Source of the DNA: Alphaproteobacteria bacterium
GTDB lineage: Bacteria; Pseudomonadota; Alphaproteobacteria; GCA-2731375
Length of the DNA: 64,000 nt
Direction of reading: 5' to 3'
Assembly (NCBI GenBank): GCA_965225945.1
Contig: CBDDBZ010000033.1
Coordinates: 224,001-288,000 of the forward strand
Position 1 is the stretch's first letter. Every line of letters begins with the position of its first letter. The notes below the pieces were generated by a model that did no database searches, was not told where the DNA came from, and saw only the letters and a list, made by a program, of their open reading frames with translations. A program made the translations under genes and the position numbers. This document shows, piece by piece, positions 63,400-64,000 of the stretch.

Positions 63400-63723
63400 T
63401 CAGGAGCTCTCGTAAGGTGCGGAGCCGGGGCCGCGCACGCTCGAATAGCTGAAGTTGTCGGCGTAGACCTTCGGCCGGACCCGGCGCTCGCGCGGCTCGC
63501 GGATCTGATAGTCGATTCCGCGCCGCCGACAGAAGGCGATCGCCGCCGCCTCGCTCTCGAACTCGAGGCGAAGTTGCTGGCGGGTATCGGCCGACGCGGT
63601 CCAGCCCATCAGCGGCTCGACCTCGCGGGCCGCGGTCGGATCGAACTCCAGCCGCCAGCTCGCCGTCTTGGCCCCCCCCGACTGCATCGCCGTCCTCGCC
63701 GGTCGAAAGATTACCGCCTTCAT
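63400..63723 (-). CDS. ETC complex I subunit (NDUFS4-like)
   Basis: PARTAMQSG, W.LEF, PLMGWT.S.D, YADNF. Confidence 0.92.
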   Translation of the reverse strand: MKAVIFRPARTAMQSGGAKTASWRLEFDPTAAREVEPLMGWTASADTRQQLRLEFESEAAAIAFCRRRGIDYQIREPRERRVRPKVYADNFSYSSVRGPGSAPYESS

Positions 63724-63775
63724 CGGGCCGCCCCCGTTCCTTAGGCCCGCGACTATCGGAAATGGCCGCGCGGCG

Positions 63776-63852
63776 TGGTCGGGGAGACTGGATTCGAACC
63801 AGCGACCCTCTGCTCCCAAAGCAGATGCGCTACCAGGCTGCGCCACTCCCCG
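63776..63852 (-). tRNA. tRNA-Pro(TGG)
   Basis: CGGGGAGTGGCGCAGCCTGGTAGCGC...TTTGGGA...GGTTCGAATCC...CCA. Confidence 0.96.
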
Positions 63853-64000
63853 ATCGCGGAAAACTGCGGTTTTTTAGTGACGGTGTCAAATCAAAAAGGG
63901 AATTTTGCGAAACAAATGGCGTCCAAAGTCGCGTCCACTCGTTCCCGCCGCGTTCGCCCCGCTACTGGCGGAGGTACGGCCATGAAACCCCGTCATGGGA

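Overview
GC-rich bacterial DNA. Gene content and order (serS-surE-pcm-nlpD without rpoS, yajC-secDF-Mth938-NDUFAF6-like, ATP12, NDUFA12, NDUFS4-like, aat) point to an alphaproteobacterium; this is an inference. Bases 1-26.7 kb are mostly core or metabolic genes: amtB-glnK, a TRAP transporter, a degenerate PleD-like protein and mfd. Bases 27-49 kb, between mfd and the 3' end of tRNA-Gln, form a decaying accessory region with four IS-type elements, several broken signalling genes and a molybdenum hydroxylase operon. The clearest unusual object there is a 1.9-kb composite element with no complete transposase (28802-30714). It consists of two inverted copies of a 757-bp cassette, each bounded by terminal inverted repeats (TIRs) and carrying a small LRV/HEAT-like gene. 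It is inserted with a target-site duplication (TSD) into a hybrid histidine kinase gene. A second hotspot at 55.6-59.5 kb holds branched hairpins, an orphan three-gene MotA/ExbB-MotB/ExbD-like operon, a ~265-nt element that folds into a perfect four-way junction, and a 20-bp tandem array (~26 copies) running into a lipoprotein gene. Three tRNA genes are present. All calls come from manual reading and motif recognition; no searches were run.
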